From Geosiphon pyriformis uo1 (Eukaryota > Fungi > Glomeromycota), in the NCBI GenBank assembly GCA_016748015.1, contig JAAOMT010000769.1, positions 20,657 through 84,656 on the forward strand: DNA of 64,000 nucleotides, in the 5' to 3' direction. Numbering within the stretch: position 1 is the stretch's first letter; every line of letters begins with the position of its first letter. The translations under genes were made by a program, and so were the position numbers. The notes beneath the pieces were generated by a model that was given only the letters and a program-made list of their open reading frames with translations, ran no database searches and was not told the DNA's origin. This document shows, in pieces, positions 1-12,405 of the stretch.

Positions 1-1584
1 TTTTAATTTATTATAATTATAAAAATATATAAATTCAAGATTTTTTATTAATATTATTTTTATTATAATTTTGTTAATTTATTAATTTTATTTATTGTAA
101 TTGTCAATTAAATAATATGTAAAATTCATATTTTGGTAAAAACAGAATTTTTAATATTATTCAATAAAAACAAAAAAAATATTATTAATATTATTTATAA
201 TTTATATATATTATAATTAAAACTGAAATTTTTATTAATATATTAAACAATATTTTTGGTAATGCATAATATATTGTAAAAAAAAACTATATATTTCTGT
301 AAATTGTACTTTATAAAGCTAAATATATTATATAATATATTAATACTTTAACTAAAAATGTTGATCAAAAAAAATTTGTTATAATTTAGTATTCTAATAA
401 TTACATTAAGTTTAAGTTTGTTAACTGCTTAATTGTTGATTTGTAAACTTATTTAATAAAGATTCTACATAAAAAACTTTTAATAATTACAAAAAATAAT
501 TATAAAATTTCAAATATTTAAATATAATATGACAAAATAAAAATATTATATTATATATTTTAAATACTATTGTCAAAAAGAAAAAATTTTGTTTTGTCTT
601 GTTGTTTAATAAGATTTAAATTGCTTTTATAATTTTTAATGTGGTTTAAAATCAATATATTTAAATTTTTACTGATTATTTATAGATAATTGACCAAAAA
701 AAATAATAGTATTTATTCTTAAAAAATACTTAAAGATTAAAAATAGTTAATAAAAATAAAGTGTAAATTAATGTAATTGGTCTTAAAATCATAGTTGCTA
801 ATTTTTCAAAAAAATCCAAAAATAGAAAAATAATTGGTAATTGGTAATAAAAATAATACAGCTGTTATAATTTTTTCAAAAAATATTAAACTGATTTTAA
901 TTAAAGTATTAATTTTAATATTTATGTAATGTATTATAACTATTGATATCTTAACTATTATATTTATTATTTTAAAGTTTAACTGTAAAGTTATTGGTTA
1001 AATTTTGAATAATTTATACATGTATTTATTAATAATGATTAAACACAAATATAAATTGTGTATTTTTTATAACTTAATCCAATTAAGACCCTATTATTCA
1101 AAATTAATAAGATTTAAACAAAAGATAAGTTTGGTTACCTAGATTTAAAACATAAAATAGGATATATATTGGCTTTTGCGAATCTATAAGTTTTAAAAAT
1201 ATCACATTTTTAATCATTTTTTTTTAATTTATTACCACTTTCACAATTTGACAAAACAGCATTATTATTGAAAGTTAAACTGTTTTTTCTTTTTTCTTTT
1301 TAATTTAATTAAAGCCACATTTGTTTACAAAGTATTATGATAGGGGTCTTATGATTAAATCTTATGGTATTTTTATGCTCCACACGAAGGCTAATTTGGT
1401 TTATCATTGTTGTTGTTGTTGTTATTGTTGTTCCGCAAAGAAATTGAACTAGTTATTTAACCAACAATACAATGAGACAATAGGAAACTTTTTCAGTATT
1501 TTGTGTACTATAGCAACTTAAATTTGTTCATAGTTAAACCTATTTAGTATAATGAATAAGGTTTAATAGATTGATTTATTTCTT

Positions 1585-1598
1585 CTATGCGAACATAG
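1585..1598 (+). promoter_or_regulatory. Conserved upstream inverted-repeat motif CTATG-CGAA-CATAG of the kinase family
   Basis: An identical 14-mer lies at 40852-40865. Both copies are 155-156 bp upstream of the kinase ATG (1741, 41007). Function is inferred only. Confidence 0.35.
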
Positions 1599-1740
1599 TA
1601 AGAAACAACATAAATAAGAACTCGTTTTTAAACAAATAATTTTCTAAATGTACTATCAAATAAACCTTTAAAGAAACCCTCTTTGAATAATAACTTATTC
1701 ACTTTTTATCCTTCTTTATCCTTTGTTCTTTATCCACATC

Positions 1741-3310
1741 ATGGAATACAAAGAAATTAATAGATATCGTCCATATGTTCAAGATTGCAACGAATGTAAA
1801 CGGTGTCAAAGGAGTATTAAAAATAATAAAGATTATAATTTGTGTGCGGCATGCTGGTTCATATTTTTTGAAAAACATTATAAAGACTTTTCAAGCGGCA
1901 ATAAAGTAGTTGATGAGATAACTAAAAATCCAAATAATGATAATCGTGTATTCAATTACTATGAATGGATTCCATGGGAGCGTTTGTCGAATATCAATAA
2001 AATTGCTCAAGGAGGGTTCGGTATAATTTATAAAGCAACCCTAATTGATAGATTACTTGATCCCTGGAATATAAAACATCATGGTGAAATGGAATATAAA
2101 AGAGAAAGAATAGGCACAGAAGTAGCAATAAAAATTATAAAAACAAACAGTGAAGAATTGTTTAAAGAGGTAAACAAAGTATTATTATTTATATCTATAT
2201 ATAAAATTAATTCATATTTATCTATTATTTATTTACTGTATATTTTCTATTTACTTTTATACACTGTGTTGATAGTTAAATATTTAAAACACTCGAGTAT
2301 GGAATTGTGATGGAGTTTGCCGAGCATGGAGACATGTGAAAATATTTATCAATAAATTTCCATTCTACGGGTTGGAAATATAAATTAATGATCGCACGTC
2401 ATATAGCTTATGGACTTTCTTCAATTCATGACTCCGGTATGGTTCATCGTGACTTACACTCGGGCAACATAATACAATATAATGAACGATGGGTAGATAT
2501 TGGAGACCTCGGATTATGTCAACCTATAAACAATAAAGCAACAACAACAGAGGAAAAAAAGATATATGGAGTGATTCCATACATTCCACCAGAAGTTTTA
2601 AGAGGAGAAAAATTTACAACAGCTGGTGATATTTATAGTTTTAGCATGTTATTATGGGAATTAGCAACAGGAAAGCCTCCTTTTCATGATTGCTCTCATG
2701 ACGCCATTCTTATAATGGCTATTTTAAATGGTCAAAGACCTGAAATAACCTCCCCACTTATTCCACCTTGTATTGCTGAAATAATTGTAAAGTGTTGGGA
2801 TGTTAATCCTGAGAATCGTCCTACTGCCAGAGAAGTTGTAAATAAGTTGGAGAAATTAGTGGCAGTAATTCCGAGTTTTTAGAATCAGAAAATACGTATT
2901 TGAGATGTTAAAGAACGACTCTACAACAAAACCTTTAGGAAGATTTTCAAAATATATTCAATTTCTTAAAAAAGCAAAGAAACGCGACGAGATAGCAAAA
3001 CCCTCGACGACAACAAAGATAAACATTCATCGAGGAGCAGTTTATACAAGTCGTCTTTTAACTGCACAAATGGTTGATTTTTCAAAAGGTTAGTTTATCT
3101 ATTTTTTGTATTGATTAATTCATTGATTTAATTATTATACAATAGATTAATATTTTACTTTAATTTACTTTACTTCTTAAAAGAATTAGTTTACTTGCCT
3201 GAAAGTAAGAAATTACATCTATCATTAATCATTAATCATTAATGAAATTTATCCTTTTATTTAACGCTTATTTCTTTCATTATCTATTATATTTAGACGG
3301 CTCTTCATAG
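1741..3310 (+). pseudogene. Tyrosine-kinase-like (TKL-type) protein kinase pseudogene, 4 exons (1741-2169, 2276-3088, 3184-3204, 3297-3310)
   Basis: Motifs IAQGGFGIIYKA, VAIK, HRDLHSGN, DLG and GVIPYIPPE are present, with the same intron positions as the intact paralog at 41007. Defects are a ~75-bp deletion at the start of exon 2, a CGA->TGA stop (gacatgTGA ~2337) and frameshifts near 2860-2895. Confidence 0.9.
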
Positions 3311-4453
3311 ATGTAGAAAGTAATTTCTTAAAGACGGAATTTGTATATTATTTATATTGTTTCTCTATGTTAACAAATCACCTAAATTAAAGTTAATCAT
3401 AAATTTCTATTAATTGGTGAATGATTTACCTCCCTAAACTTTCAGATCATTCAAAATTTCTTATTATTTTTTAAAAACACAAGTACTTAATTAAAAATAA
3501 ATTAAATTTGAATATTACATTTTTTAAGTTGTCAATAAATAAAATTATTGAAATAACATAAATAAATAATGGTAAGTCAATTATATATTTTATTGGAATT
3601 TAAAAATGGTAGATAAAATTTATTTTATCAATTTATGCAAATATGTTATTTTGTAACATTTTTGAAAAATTATATTTTCAAAAAAAGAAAATACTGAAAA
3701 TGCGATACAGATTATATATAAATACGTAAATTTTTAAACCCATTTGGTTTTTTAAAGTAATAAATTTTTTTATATTAAACTTAAAATTTTTTTTATTTTT
3801 TTATTTAATTGATTTCTTAAAAAATAACTATAATTTACCTAAGATAAATCAGTACTCGAAAGTTTAATCTAATAAAGAAAATTTAAAAAAGAAATAGCTT
3901 GTACTAAAAATTTATCAATTGTTGATAAAACTTTCACATCTAAATCATAATATAATTTGTAAAAAATACCAATTTTTAGGAATGATTCAAGAATAATTTT
4001 TATAATAATTTGATAAATCAACAAAAATATGTATTTAAAATATTTCAGATAATATAATTATTATTTTAAAACATAATAAATCTTTATCTAAAATAATTCT
4101 TTATGAAAAGATCAAATTTAATATATAGAGTTCAACATAATTATTTATTTAGTACAATTTTAATCTATTAAGAATCATCTAAATATAATAGATAGTAAAA
4201 AATTATATTTACATATTTATATTTTAACTTTCTAAAATACTTCATACCTTTTAAAGGAGAAACAAAAGGTTTTTGAATATCTAAACTATTTAATTTAATG
4301 ATTTTATAAATTAATAATTAACTAAATAAAAAATCTTAATAATATTAAAGCTATTATGAATAAAAAATTTCAAATAAAAACAAAATTATGAATAAACAAT
4401 AATAATTATAAATAAAAATCCAAAAATATTAATCAATATTAATCAAATTAAGT

Positions 4454-4523
4454 NNNNNNNNNNNNNNNNNNNNNNNNNNNNNNNNNNNNNNNNNNNNNNN
4501 NNNNNNNNNNNNNNNNNNNNNNN
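4454..4523. other. Assembly gap (N run); further gaps at 15946-16190 and 34929-34996
   Basis: Runs of N in the sequence. Confidence 1.
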
Positions 4524-6243
4524 TTTAATCATTTATAATAATTGCAAACATTTTTTTAATAACAAAGATTTTAATTATTATTTTATTTTTGTATTTTATT
4601 TTAAAATAATTTATATATCATATTAATGAAATTATTTTTAAAATGATCCAAGTTTTTAATTTGGGTTTAAAATATAAAATATAAAATCTTAATTGTAATA
4701 AATACAATCATTAAAATAAAAAATTAAATTATTAAAAAATTTTGACCAAACTCTAATGGTTTTTTTATACCAAATTTTTAGCCAAAAATAAATATGAAAT
4801 TTTTTACTTAAAAATTTATAATAAATTTTTCTATTTTTAAATATAGTAACTAAATTAAATGTGCATTTATTTAATACTAACTATTTATTTTAAATGTAAA
4901 TTCTTGATGCAAAAACTTAGTTGAAATGTTTTATTTTTTAAGTTACTAATAAAATATTTTTTGACTTTATAAAACAAAATATTTTAAATTGTGAAAAAAA
5001 TCTTTTTTTTAAAATGTTTATTATTATATTATAATTTTGATTAAATATTTTTATATATAAAATTCAATCATAATAAATTTCAAAAATTAAAAATTTTTAT
5101 AAATTATAAATTCAATAATAGTTTTAATATTTTTGTTTGACCAAAATTTAAAAAATGCTTTATAAAATAACTTGAAAAGTATTTGAATAATTATTATAAT
5201 TTGGCAATATTATCAAGTATTTTAATTGAATTTTAAAAAGAGGTTCTTTTTAATTATAAAGTTTTTTTAAACAACTAGTTTTCGAAAAAATTTACTAAAA
5301 AGCAAATATTATGCAAATAAAATAATACAGTAAGTATTTAAATTTTAATAAATAAATATTTTTAAACAATAATATTTTTTTTATCATGCATACATGAGTG
5401 AAGCCCAACCATTGACTATTTATGAATCAACGCTACACTACACTATCTCAAGGGGTTTCCTTATGCTCATCGCGCACATTATTTTTATGATATTTAATTT
5501 TGAAATTTTATATAATGGTTTTTGTATGAAAAATAAATTTACATATTTAATTATTGTGTATTTTTTTTATATTTAAAATTATTTTATCTAATTATTTGAT
5601 ATAAATCAAGCTGTTTTTATTTTATTTTATTTTATAAAGATATTATTACTTTTTATTTACACAGAGTTTTTGATTAAAATTTTAATAACTATTATTTTAA
5701 TTAACCTGTTTCAATAAAAAACATTTATTTGTTTAAAAATTTTAATTTGTGGGAATGATTGCAATTCTTTTTTTATTAAGAATTATAATTGTTTTGTCTT
5801 ATATTGAAATTAATTTTTTTTTTATAAAAAATATAAAAAAAGGACGAATATATATAAATTAGAGTTCAATTACGCCTCAATAATTTCTTGTGACATCATG
5901 TTTACTGTTGTTCCATATATGAAAGATTTTTGGCTTATCAATATTTACCCATAATATTAACCAGACGAAAACCTCGATAATATTCCAATCACAAATGTTT
6001 TCATTCGGTTTTATAAAGATAAGAACTAGAATCTGAGGCATATGGGGTGGATGATAAATTTTTATACTTTGGGCTTCCTATTGTTCGTTTATAAAATCAT
6101 TTCATTAATCAGAGTGATAATAAAAGTTATAACAAAATTGATGCTTTATTATTTCGCCTCCTAGAGAACAAATCAAATTGACCAATTAAAAATTCATATT
6201 ACCCTAACAAGAAAATGTTGGATAAGGCTACATTCAATAAGGC

Positions 6244-6246
<3 letters not shown>

Positions 6247-6277
<31 letters not shown>

Positions 6278-6290
6278 CATCATCATCATA
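6247..6290. repeat. Compound (AAT)n(CAT)n microsatellite in the presumptive 3' UTR of the UBA gene
   Basis: taataataat...aatcatcatcatcat seen directly. Confidence 0.9.
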
Positions 6291-6332
6291 ATAGTATAAT
6301 CCCAATAATTTACATGGAAATTTATCCTATAA

Positions 6333-7936
6333 TTATCCAACATTATCTAACAAGTAATTGGTTGCTTTCTCTAAATTATAATCATATTTTTCCAGGGCAT
6401 CAATCGCTTCTTCCCTTGAAAATCCCATGTTTAAGGTAAGCTGTTTCAATACTTCAGAATCTTCCTTATCTTCAAAACTTTCTGAATGATCATTAATCAC
6501 ACTAGGTATGGGTGTTGTTGACCTTGATTTTGGTAATTCTTCCTTTGGTGGCCTACTAGGGGGTGGTAAGGTGTAGGAAGAATGAGAAGCACTACGGCCA
6601 CGTACAATTGTTCGTGTGGATGATGAAGATAATGAGTTCGAGGAAGGAAGATAGTGTAAAGGGGACTGTAATTGTAATGATGAGCTAGGGCTGGAAGGAT
6701 TGCTGATTGTTTTCAAGTTAGGTGTTGAATTAGAATAAGGCACGGCTTTATTTGGATGGATATGAGAGGGTGGGTTATAGACTACAGGTGATAGTGTGGT
6801 TCCTGCATAACTTTGGTGTGACGGTATCTGTTGTTGAGGGATACTCGATCGTATTTCAATATTGGAAGAGTGTGGAATCATAATTTTATGGCTGTTTCCA
6901 TTAGCTGGCTTAGCAATATCAAGGGGGTTCATTGGTATCGATATAAGTTTGGGTCCAATTAAACTCTCTTGCACAACCGGGAAATCATTTTCAAAAGTTT
7001 TTGAATCCCATGGATTTAAAGATGAATCTTGCTCGAACTCGTTGTAAAGCAGTTCTTGTGAAGATTTCCCCTAGAAAATAATATTTTTATTACAAATTGC
7101 TTATCAAAGAATAAGGGAAATGACAAACCAAGTAAAATTCGATTAATACCTCCGTTGCGTCTACCTCTTTTAATTTTAAGCGCTCAATAACATGATTGGG
7201 CAAATCATCAGATGCTGAATACCCATTTTCCCCATCTTTCGCTATGTTCTTTACGATATTGTAATTATTCTCAATTGGGTTGTTAAGCCGGTGAATTGAA
7301 TTCGAAGCTGGAATTGGTGTGAGAATTCGGCAATTTGTGTCAAGATAACCAGGGGCAATTTTGCGAGCCTCCAACTTCTGTTTGTGAATACGTTCCTCTT
7401 GCAAAGCTCTTACTTGTTCTGCGCGTGTGGCGGATAATGAAACGGCTTCAAGCCGTTCACGCTCTAACTGGGTGATAACATACCTTTCAAGGCGAAAATC
7501 ATAGGATTGCTTTAAAATGTTTAAGATATCCAGTCAGACTCTAAATCAAGAATCTGATTCCATAAAGTCAATTGACAATGACTCACGACTGGTTGTAGAT
7601 CACCAAGAATGGTTTTCAACTCTGGTGGGAGCGTCACCTAATAGACCAAAAGAATTAAATTGAAGGTTTTGAAAGTGCAATTTAGCACCTTTTATGAAAA
7701 CTAACCGGCTTGAGCGAAGAAAATTGCGGAGCTAAAATCAACGGTACGTCCTGTACAGCAGAGTAAATTGAGGAAACTACTTCGGATGGCAGGAAGGTTC
7801 AATTAGAGTGGAATTAAGTCAAAATGAAACTGTTCATAACATCACCGAGAAACTGAGATGCTCTTGCTTAACTCGTAAACGAGAGTCCACCTTACAATAG
7901 GAAGCAAGAAAAGTTTTACTTACAGTGATCATACAT
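6333..7936 (-). CDS. UBAP1-like ESCRT-I subunit (N-terminal UMA-like domain, C-terminal UBA domain); 5 exons approx. 7936-7924, 7776-7706, 7637-7587, 7509-7150, 7070-6333
   Basis: GT-AG splicing gives the continuous frame MYDHFSSIYSAVQDVPLILAPQFSSLKPVTLPPELKTILGDLQPVQSYDFRLERYVI, resembling the UMA pattern DVP...P-V-LP...YDF-LE. A Pro/Ser-rich linker follows, then a canonical UBA (LNMGFSREEAIDALEKYDYNLEKATNYLL). Confidence 0.75.
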
Positions 7937-8477
7937 AACCCGAAGAAAGTATTGATTAAGAGACAGGGTTGACAACGTTTTTGCAGTGACCATTAAATTA
8001 GATGTGCAACAGTACATCAGCCTATCAGCTATCGGCGCTACTATTCCATAGTCATAAAGCTGATGATTAATTAAAAGAAATCCTCATAAGAGTATTTTCA
8101 CTTGATTGAAGAATCTTGACTAAATAGCATAGAAACTGCAAAATTTGAATGTGATATTGAATGCGGTAATTCCATGTACAATTAATGGGTTATTTTGTCA
8201 TCTTCATTGAAGGCGGGAAGCCTATTCGTAATAGAGGATGAATAGAGCTTCCTCGTTATGACTGGTTTAATATCCACATCCGATTTATCTTCAAATCATT
8301 TACTATTCATTATTAACTGATAAGTGAGATTGTGATTCCCACAAAATTTTTTCAACATCACAAAAATATTAATCGACCAATCATGAAACTTTAGGAATCA
8401 CGGGTATTAAAAAATCATTTTCGTTTTCTCTTTAGGCTGTTCATTCTCTACAAAACCGGCAAATCGCTTGAATTCCA

Positions 8478-9477
8478 ATGTAAGTGAGCTAGTCATCGTT
8501 TTAAATTTCTACTGGCAAGAATCTGTTATATTTTAAAGGAACAGCACTGCTTCCTTTCTACGTTGAGAAATTGGTTAAGTCAATACGCTTTTTATGTTCT
8601 GGTTTTGAACAAGGCCGAACCTCAGGAGCCAGAAAAGATTGGCAGCCAGCGTGCTAAGCTGTGGCAAGAGAAAAGTTTGGCTTGATCCGAATGAAGTGAA
8701 TGAAATTTCAAACGCAAACTCTCGTGAGTTAAATATTTACTTCCTGGCAAAATCTTTTGATTGCCATTGTTCAACTAGTCGGTCAAGCTAAAAAAATGGT
8801 TGGACATATTAATTATTCTCTTATATTGGTTTCCCCAGGCCAAAACATCCGTAAACTTGTAAAGGATGGTTTCATAATCAAAAAACCTCAAGTCATCCAT
8901 TCGCGGTTTCGAGTTCGGGAAAAGTTAGAGGCCAAGCGTAAAGGTCGTCATACTGGCCCCGGTAAGAGAAAAGGTACTGCGAACGCACGTATGCCTCATG
9001 CTGTTTTATGGATGAGGAGACAGCGGGTCTTGAGACGTTTGTTGAGAAAATATCGAGAGTCTGGAAAGATTGATAAGCATTTGTAAGATTCACATCAACC
9101 TTGTTTTTAAATTAAACTAAATAGCTTAGTAAAGAATAATAATTTTATAAATTCCCCCTTAGATATCATCAGTTGTATATGAAGGCCAAAGGTAATGTTT
9201 TCAAAAATAAGCGTGTACTAATGGAATACATTCATAAAGCCAAGGCCGAAAAAGCCCGTACTAAACTTCTCGCGTATGTATCTTTTAATCATTCCATTTA
9301 ATTTCCCAAGCTTTTGAAGCTTACTAATTTTGTGTTACTTGGAACAGTGATCAAGCTGAAGCACATCGTCAAAAGACAAAAGCAGCGCGTGAGCGTCGGG
9401 CTCAACGTGTCGCAGACAAGAAAGCTGCTTTGCTCGGTATCGAGGTAGGGGAGGAGGATGTCCCAGAAGAAAAGTAG
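8478..9477 (+). CDS. RPL19: 60S ribosomal protein L19 (eL19); exons 8478-8479, 8614-8723, 8839-9082, 9163-9273, 9348-9477
   Basis: Spliced product [28 protein letters not shown]...[20 protein letters not shown]...[33 protein letters not shown]. All introns are GT-AG. Confidence 0.98.
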
Positions 9478-10078
9478 CAAAGCAGAAGTCAACTGTTACT
9501 AGTTATGACCAATGATTAAAAGCCACACATGGTAAAAAAGTGCTTATTATGGTTGAGCTATCTACATTCATAATAAATTCGAATGTGCTTTTCATTCTAG
9601 TTATCACTAGCATTGATTCCATAGATTTTTTTTGAACGAATTTTACTTTCTCATTATATTTAACATTTTTGACTTCAAATGGCTGATAATATAAATCACT
9701 GTTTTGCCAATTTGCGATGTACAATAATATGAATTGATAATAGTATGCCTAATAGTTAAGCCATTTTGCGAATTTTAGCTACACGACTGGCACAAGAAAA
9801 AAGTGGTATCTGAGGCGTTGATAAGATATATCCATTTCCTAATAGCTATGAGAAATATAACCACATAAACGAAAAGTATTGTAAGCCTATTGATAGACAA
9901 GATATCAAAGACATCAGCTAAGGTTTGAAAGGAACCGACTACAGCAAAAAATGCCAATCTTGACTTATTGAAATTGCGACCACAACTTAAAACCCCAATA
10001 CACACAAATAATATACAAATTGAGAAATTATTAACATTGAAATAAGCTGCCTGTCATCCCTTCAAGACCGTTCTTATT

Positions 10079-11845
10079 CTAGAATGCCATAGCATTAACT
10101 TGTGTAGGGGTTTCCTCTTCATATGCTTGGTTTTCTGAAATAAGCTCAGATTGCTTATGAATTTCATAATCAGAAGCGTCATCAATTTCTTGAGTTCCAT
10201 GAGTTTCTGTATCAGAAACATACTGATCTTCATGACTCTCATTACCAGAAACTGTTTCTTGAACTTCATGAGGGTCGACATCTGAATTAACGGCCGAAAG
10301 ATGAGGATTACCGACTTCATGAGAAGCATGAAAATCTTCATCCAAAGCATGCTCATGGAACTCTTCCTCGTGGGCTTCCCCGGGGTCTACAACAGAATCT
10401 TTTTCATGCGAGGTTTGGGAAGTTTTTTCTTCATTTTCCGAGTCTTTACCATGTAAATCATTATCATGAGATGGGTCATCATCGAATGCTGGTTTTAATG
10501 AACCCTCAGACTCGTCATTAGCAGCGATCTTAACTATTGGTTTAGCTTTAGTTTTCGCATCTTTGGCTTGGTCTAAATTTGACTTCTTAGGCAAGGTCTT
10601 GGTCAATGGCGTTGACTTTTTGACCTCGGTTTTGGGTGCTTCTTTTTTAATGGTTGAGGTTTTGGATTGAGTGGGACCAGCTCTTAAGACGTTGGATGCA
10701 TGGGTGACTGTCTTGGGCCTTCGCTCACCAGTTAAGCCGACGGTAGGTTTGGTGGCAGATGTTCCTGACTTTGGAGCAGAAACTTTAGGAACAGGACGCG
10801 TTGTACCAGTTTTACTGGTGGGTTTTGGTTTTTCGGCTTCCCCAGCTGAGGATGACTTACTCTTATCAACGAAGGCGCCAGAAGTTGAAGTTTTAGTTTT
10901 ATCAGCCGAAGTAGTACGTGAATGAGTCGCAGGACGAGTTGAAGCGGTTGTCTTGTTTAAAGTGGCTGAACTTGTCTTGCTGACAGTAGCTGATGAAGTG
11001 ACAGTTGTTACAGTTTTAGCACTGCTTGGGGACTTAGCGCGAGAAGATATTGAAGGCGTCTTAGTTGAACTTTGTGAGCCTGTGGAAGAAGTGCTCGATT
11101 TTTTGGCATGAGTTGCAGTTACACGATTACCAGAAGTAGCTGAAGAATTGGATGATGACTTTAGGCCAGTCGTTGTGGGCGGTTTCTTCACAGTTGGGAC
11201 GGGATTCGGAGGTTTTTTTCCAACTTTCTTAACTTCTACTGCGCTTGATGGCTTGCTGGATTCTTTTACAGGGGCTGCAGAAGGCTTAAGTTCAGATTCA
11301 GCAGCCTCATTAGCTTGTTCATCATTTTCAATTTCGGCCTCGTTGGTTTGTTCTTCAATTTTGATTTCAGTTCTGTTGGATGGCTCTTCGGGAAGAATGA
11401 GTGACTCTTCAGATACCTTTACAATTTCTATATGATCTGCAACAAGGACCTGTTCGGATGTATTAAAGGTGGTTTCACTGTCTTCACTTGATTCTAGTTT
11501 TTTCTCGATTATTTCAGGAAGCTGAATCTCAATTGAAGTAATTTCCAGCTCTGGAGTGAGCTCTTTGTGTGTTGCTCCGTTTCCATTTAAATTGTCGAAA
11601 TTTATAGCAGCAGTGGTATTTTCAACCTCGTGGCCTGAACTCACACTCGTCCTTCTATCAACCCATGCCTGTCCCTCTTTCGTTATATTTACCGTTGTGT
11701 TCGGTTGGTCAAACTGACCAGGCGCAAGATTTATTTTACCAGGGCTGCGAGGTCTTGGGGCAGGGTGAGTTTGGTCAGTACCGTCTTCAAAACGGTTTAT
11801 AAGAGAAGCCACTGGTGCGAGCTTACTATGGTCTGGAATTACCAT
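10079..11845 (-). CDS. Uncharacterised intrinsically disordered protein (acidic - basic S/T/K/P-rich - acidic blocks)
   Basis: 588-aa uninterrupted ORF with gene-like GC content and intact CpGs. No recognisable globular domain. A splice-acceptor-like TTTTTAG sits just upstream of the ATG. Confidence 0.8.
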   Translation of the reverse strand: MVIPDHSKLAPVASLINRFEDGTDQTHPAPRPRSPGKINLAPGQFDQPNTTVNITKEGQAWVDRRTSVSSGHEVENTTAAINFDNLNGNGATHKELTPELEITSIEIQLPEIIEKKLESSEDSETTFNTSEQVLVADHIEIVKVSEESLILPEEPSNRTEIKIEEQTNEAEIENDEQANEAAESELKPSAAPVKESSKPSSAVEVKKVGKKPPNPVPTVKKPPTTTGLKSSSNSSATSGNRVTATHAKKSSTSSTGSQSSTKTPSISSRAKSPSSAKTVTTVTSSATVSKTSSATLNKTTASTRPATHSRTTSADKTKTSTSGAFVDKSKSSSAGEAEKPKPTSKTGTTRPVPKVSAPKSGTSATKPTVGLTGERRPKTVTHASNVLRAGPTQSKTSTIKKEAPKTEVKKSTPLTKTLPKKSNLDQAKDAKTKAKPIVKIAANDESEGSLKPAFDDDPSHDNDLHGKDSENEEKTSQTSHEKDSVVDPGEAHEEEFHEHALDEDFHASHEVGNPHLSAVNSDVDPHEVQETVSGNESHEDQYVSDTETHGTQEIDDASDYEIHKQSELISENQAYEEETPTQVNAMAF

Positions 11846-12405
11846 CTAAAAAAATTAAAAGCGAGCACTTGTTAAAATATTCGTTCGTTTTCTAGTCACA
11901 AGAATTCATAAGTTGTTGTTACGCGTACATTGGTTTTATTGAAAATGTGGTTTTGTTTAAACCCGAGATTGGCCGTTAATAAAAGAAGTTTTGGGGCGTC
12001 AATTTGGTCACTCTCTAAATAAAGCGCAACGTCATTAGGAAGTAATAACAATAATAAAAATTGGTTTTTTTTGCTGACTAGCAAATGATTAAGGCAAATC
12101 CAATCAAGGAGTTCCATGTGATTGACATAAATGATATCATCATGTGGCATCACCGCCAAGTTCCTTACGGTAGCTGTATATGTATCTGCTCCTTAGGATT
12201 CTCCCACCCGCCATCGACCTTGAATTGGAAAGGCTTTGCTAAGCTTTATAACTATCACACGCTCCTTCACCAATTCAGCTATTCGTTTTTATAATTGATA
12301 CAGTTCTCGTGCCGCACACGTTTTAAGCAGTTTAACGAAGTTATTTTATCTACAGGGGTCTAGAAAAACTCGAGACTTTTTACATAGATTTCTGCATTTC
12401 GCGGG

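Larger units (their letters stand above)
1..4894. repeat. Left arm of a large inverted duplication (partner 15553-27839); may extend beyond the window start
   Basis: The reverse complement of 3-170 matches 27670-27839, 4241-4287 matches 16191-16237, and 4524-4890 matches 15555-15945. The kinase pseudogene is present in both arms. Confidence 0.95.

Noticed and set aside
6215-6439. Asn/His-rich 74-aa ORF
   Set aside because: It is a translation of a microsatellite, antisense to the UBA gene end.
8478-8614. Start codon of RPL19 split by an intron (AT|G)
   Set aside because: Real, but start-adjacent introns are common in fungal ribosomal protein genes, so it is not novel.
10671-11435. Plus-strand ORFs 10671-10925 and 11148-11435 (and similar antisense ORFs within the LINEs)
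   Set aside because: Shadows of the opposite-strand coding sequence.
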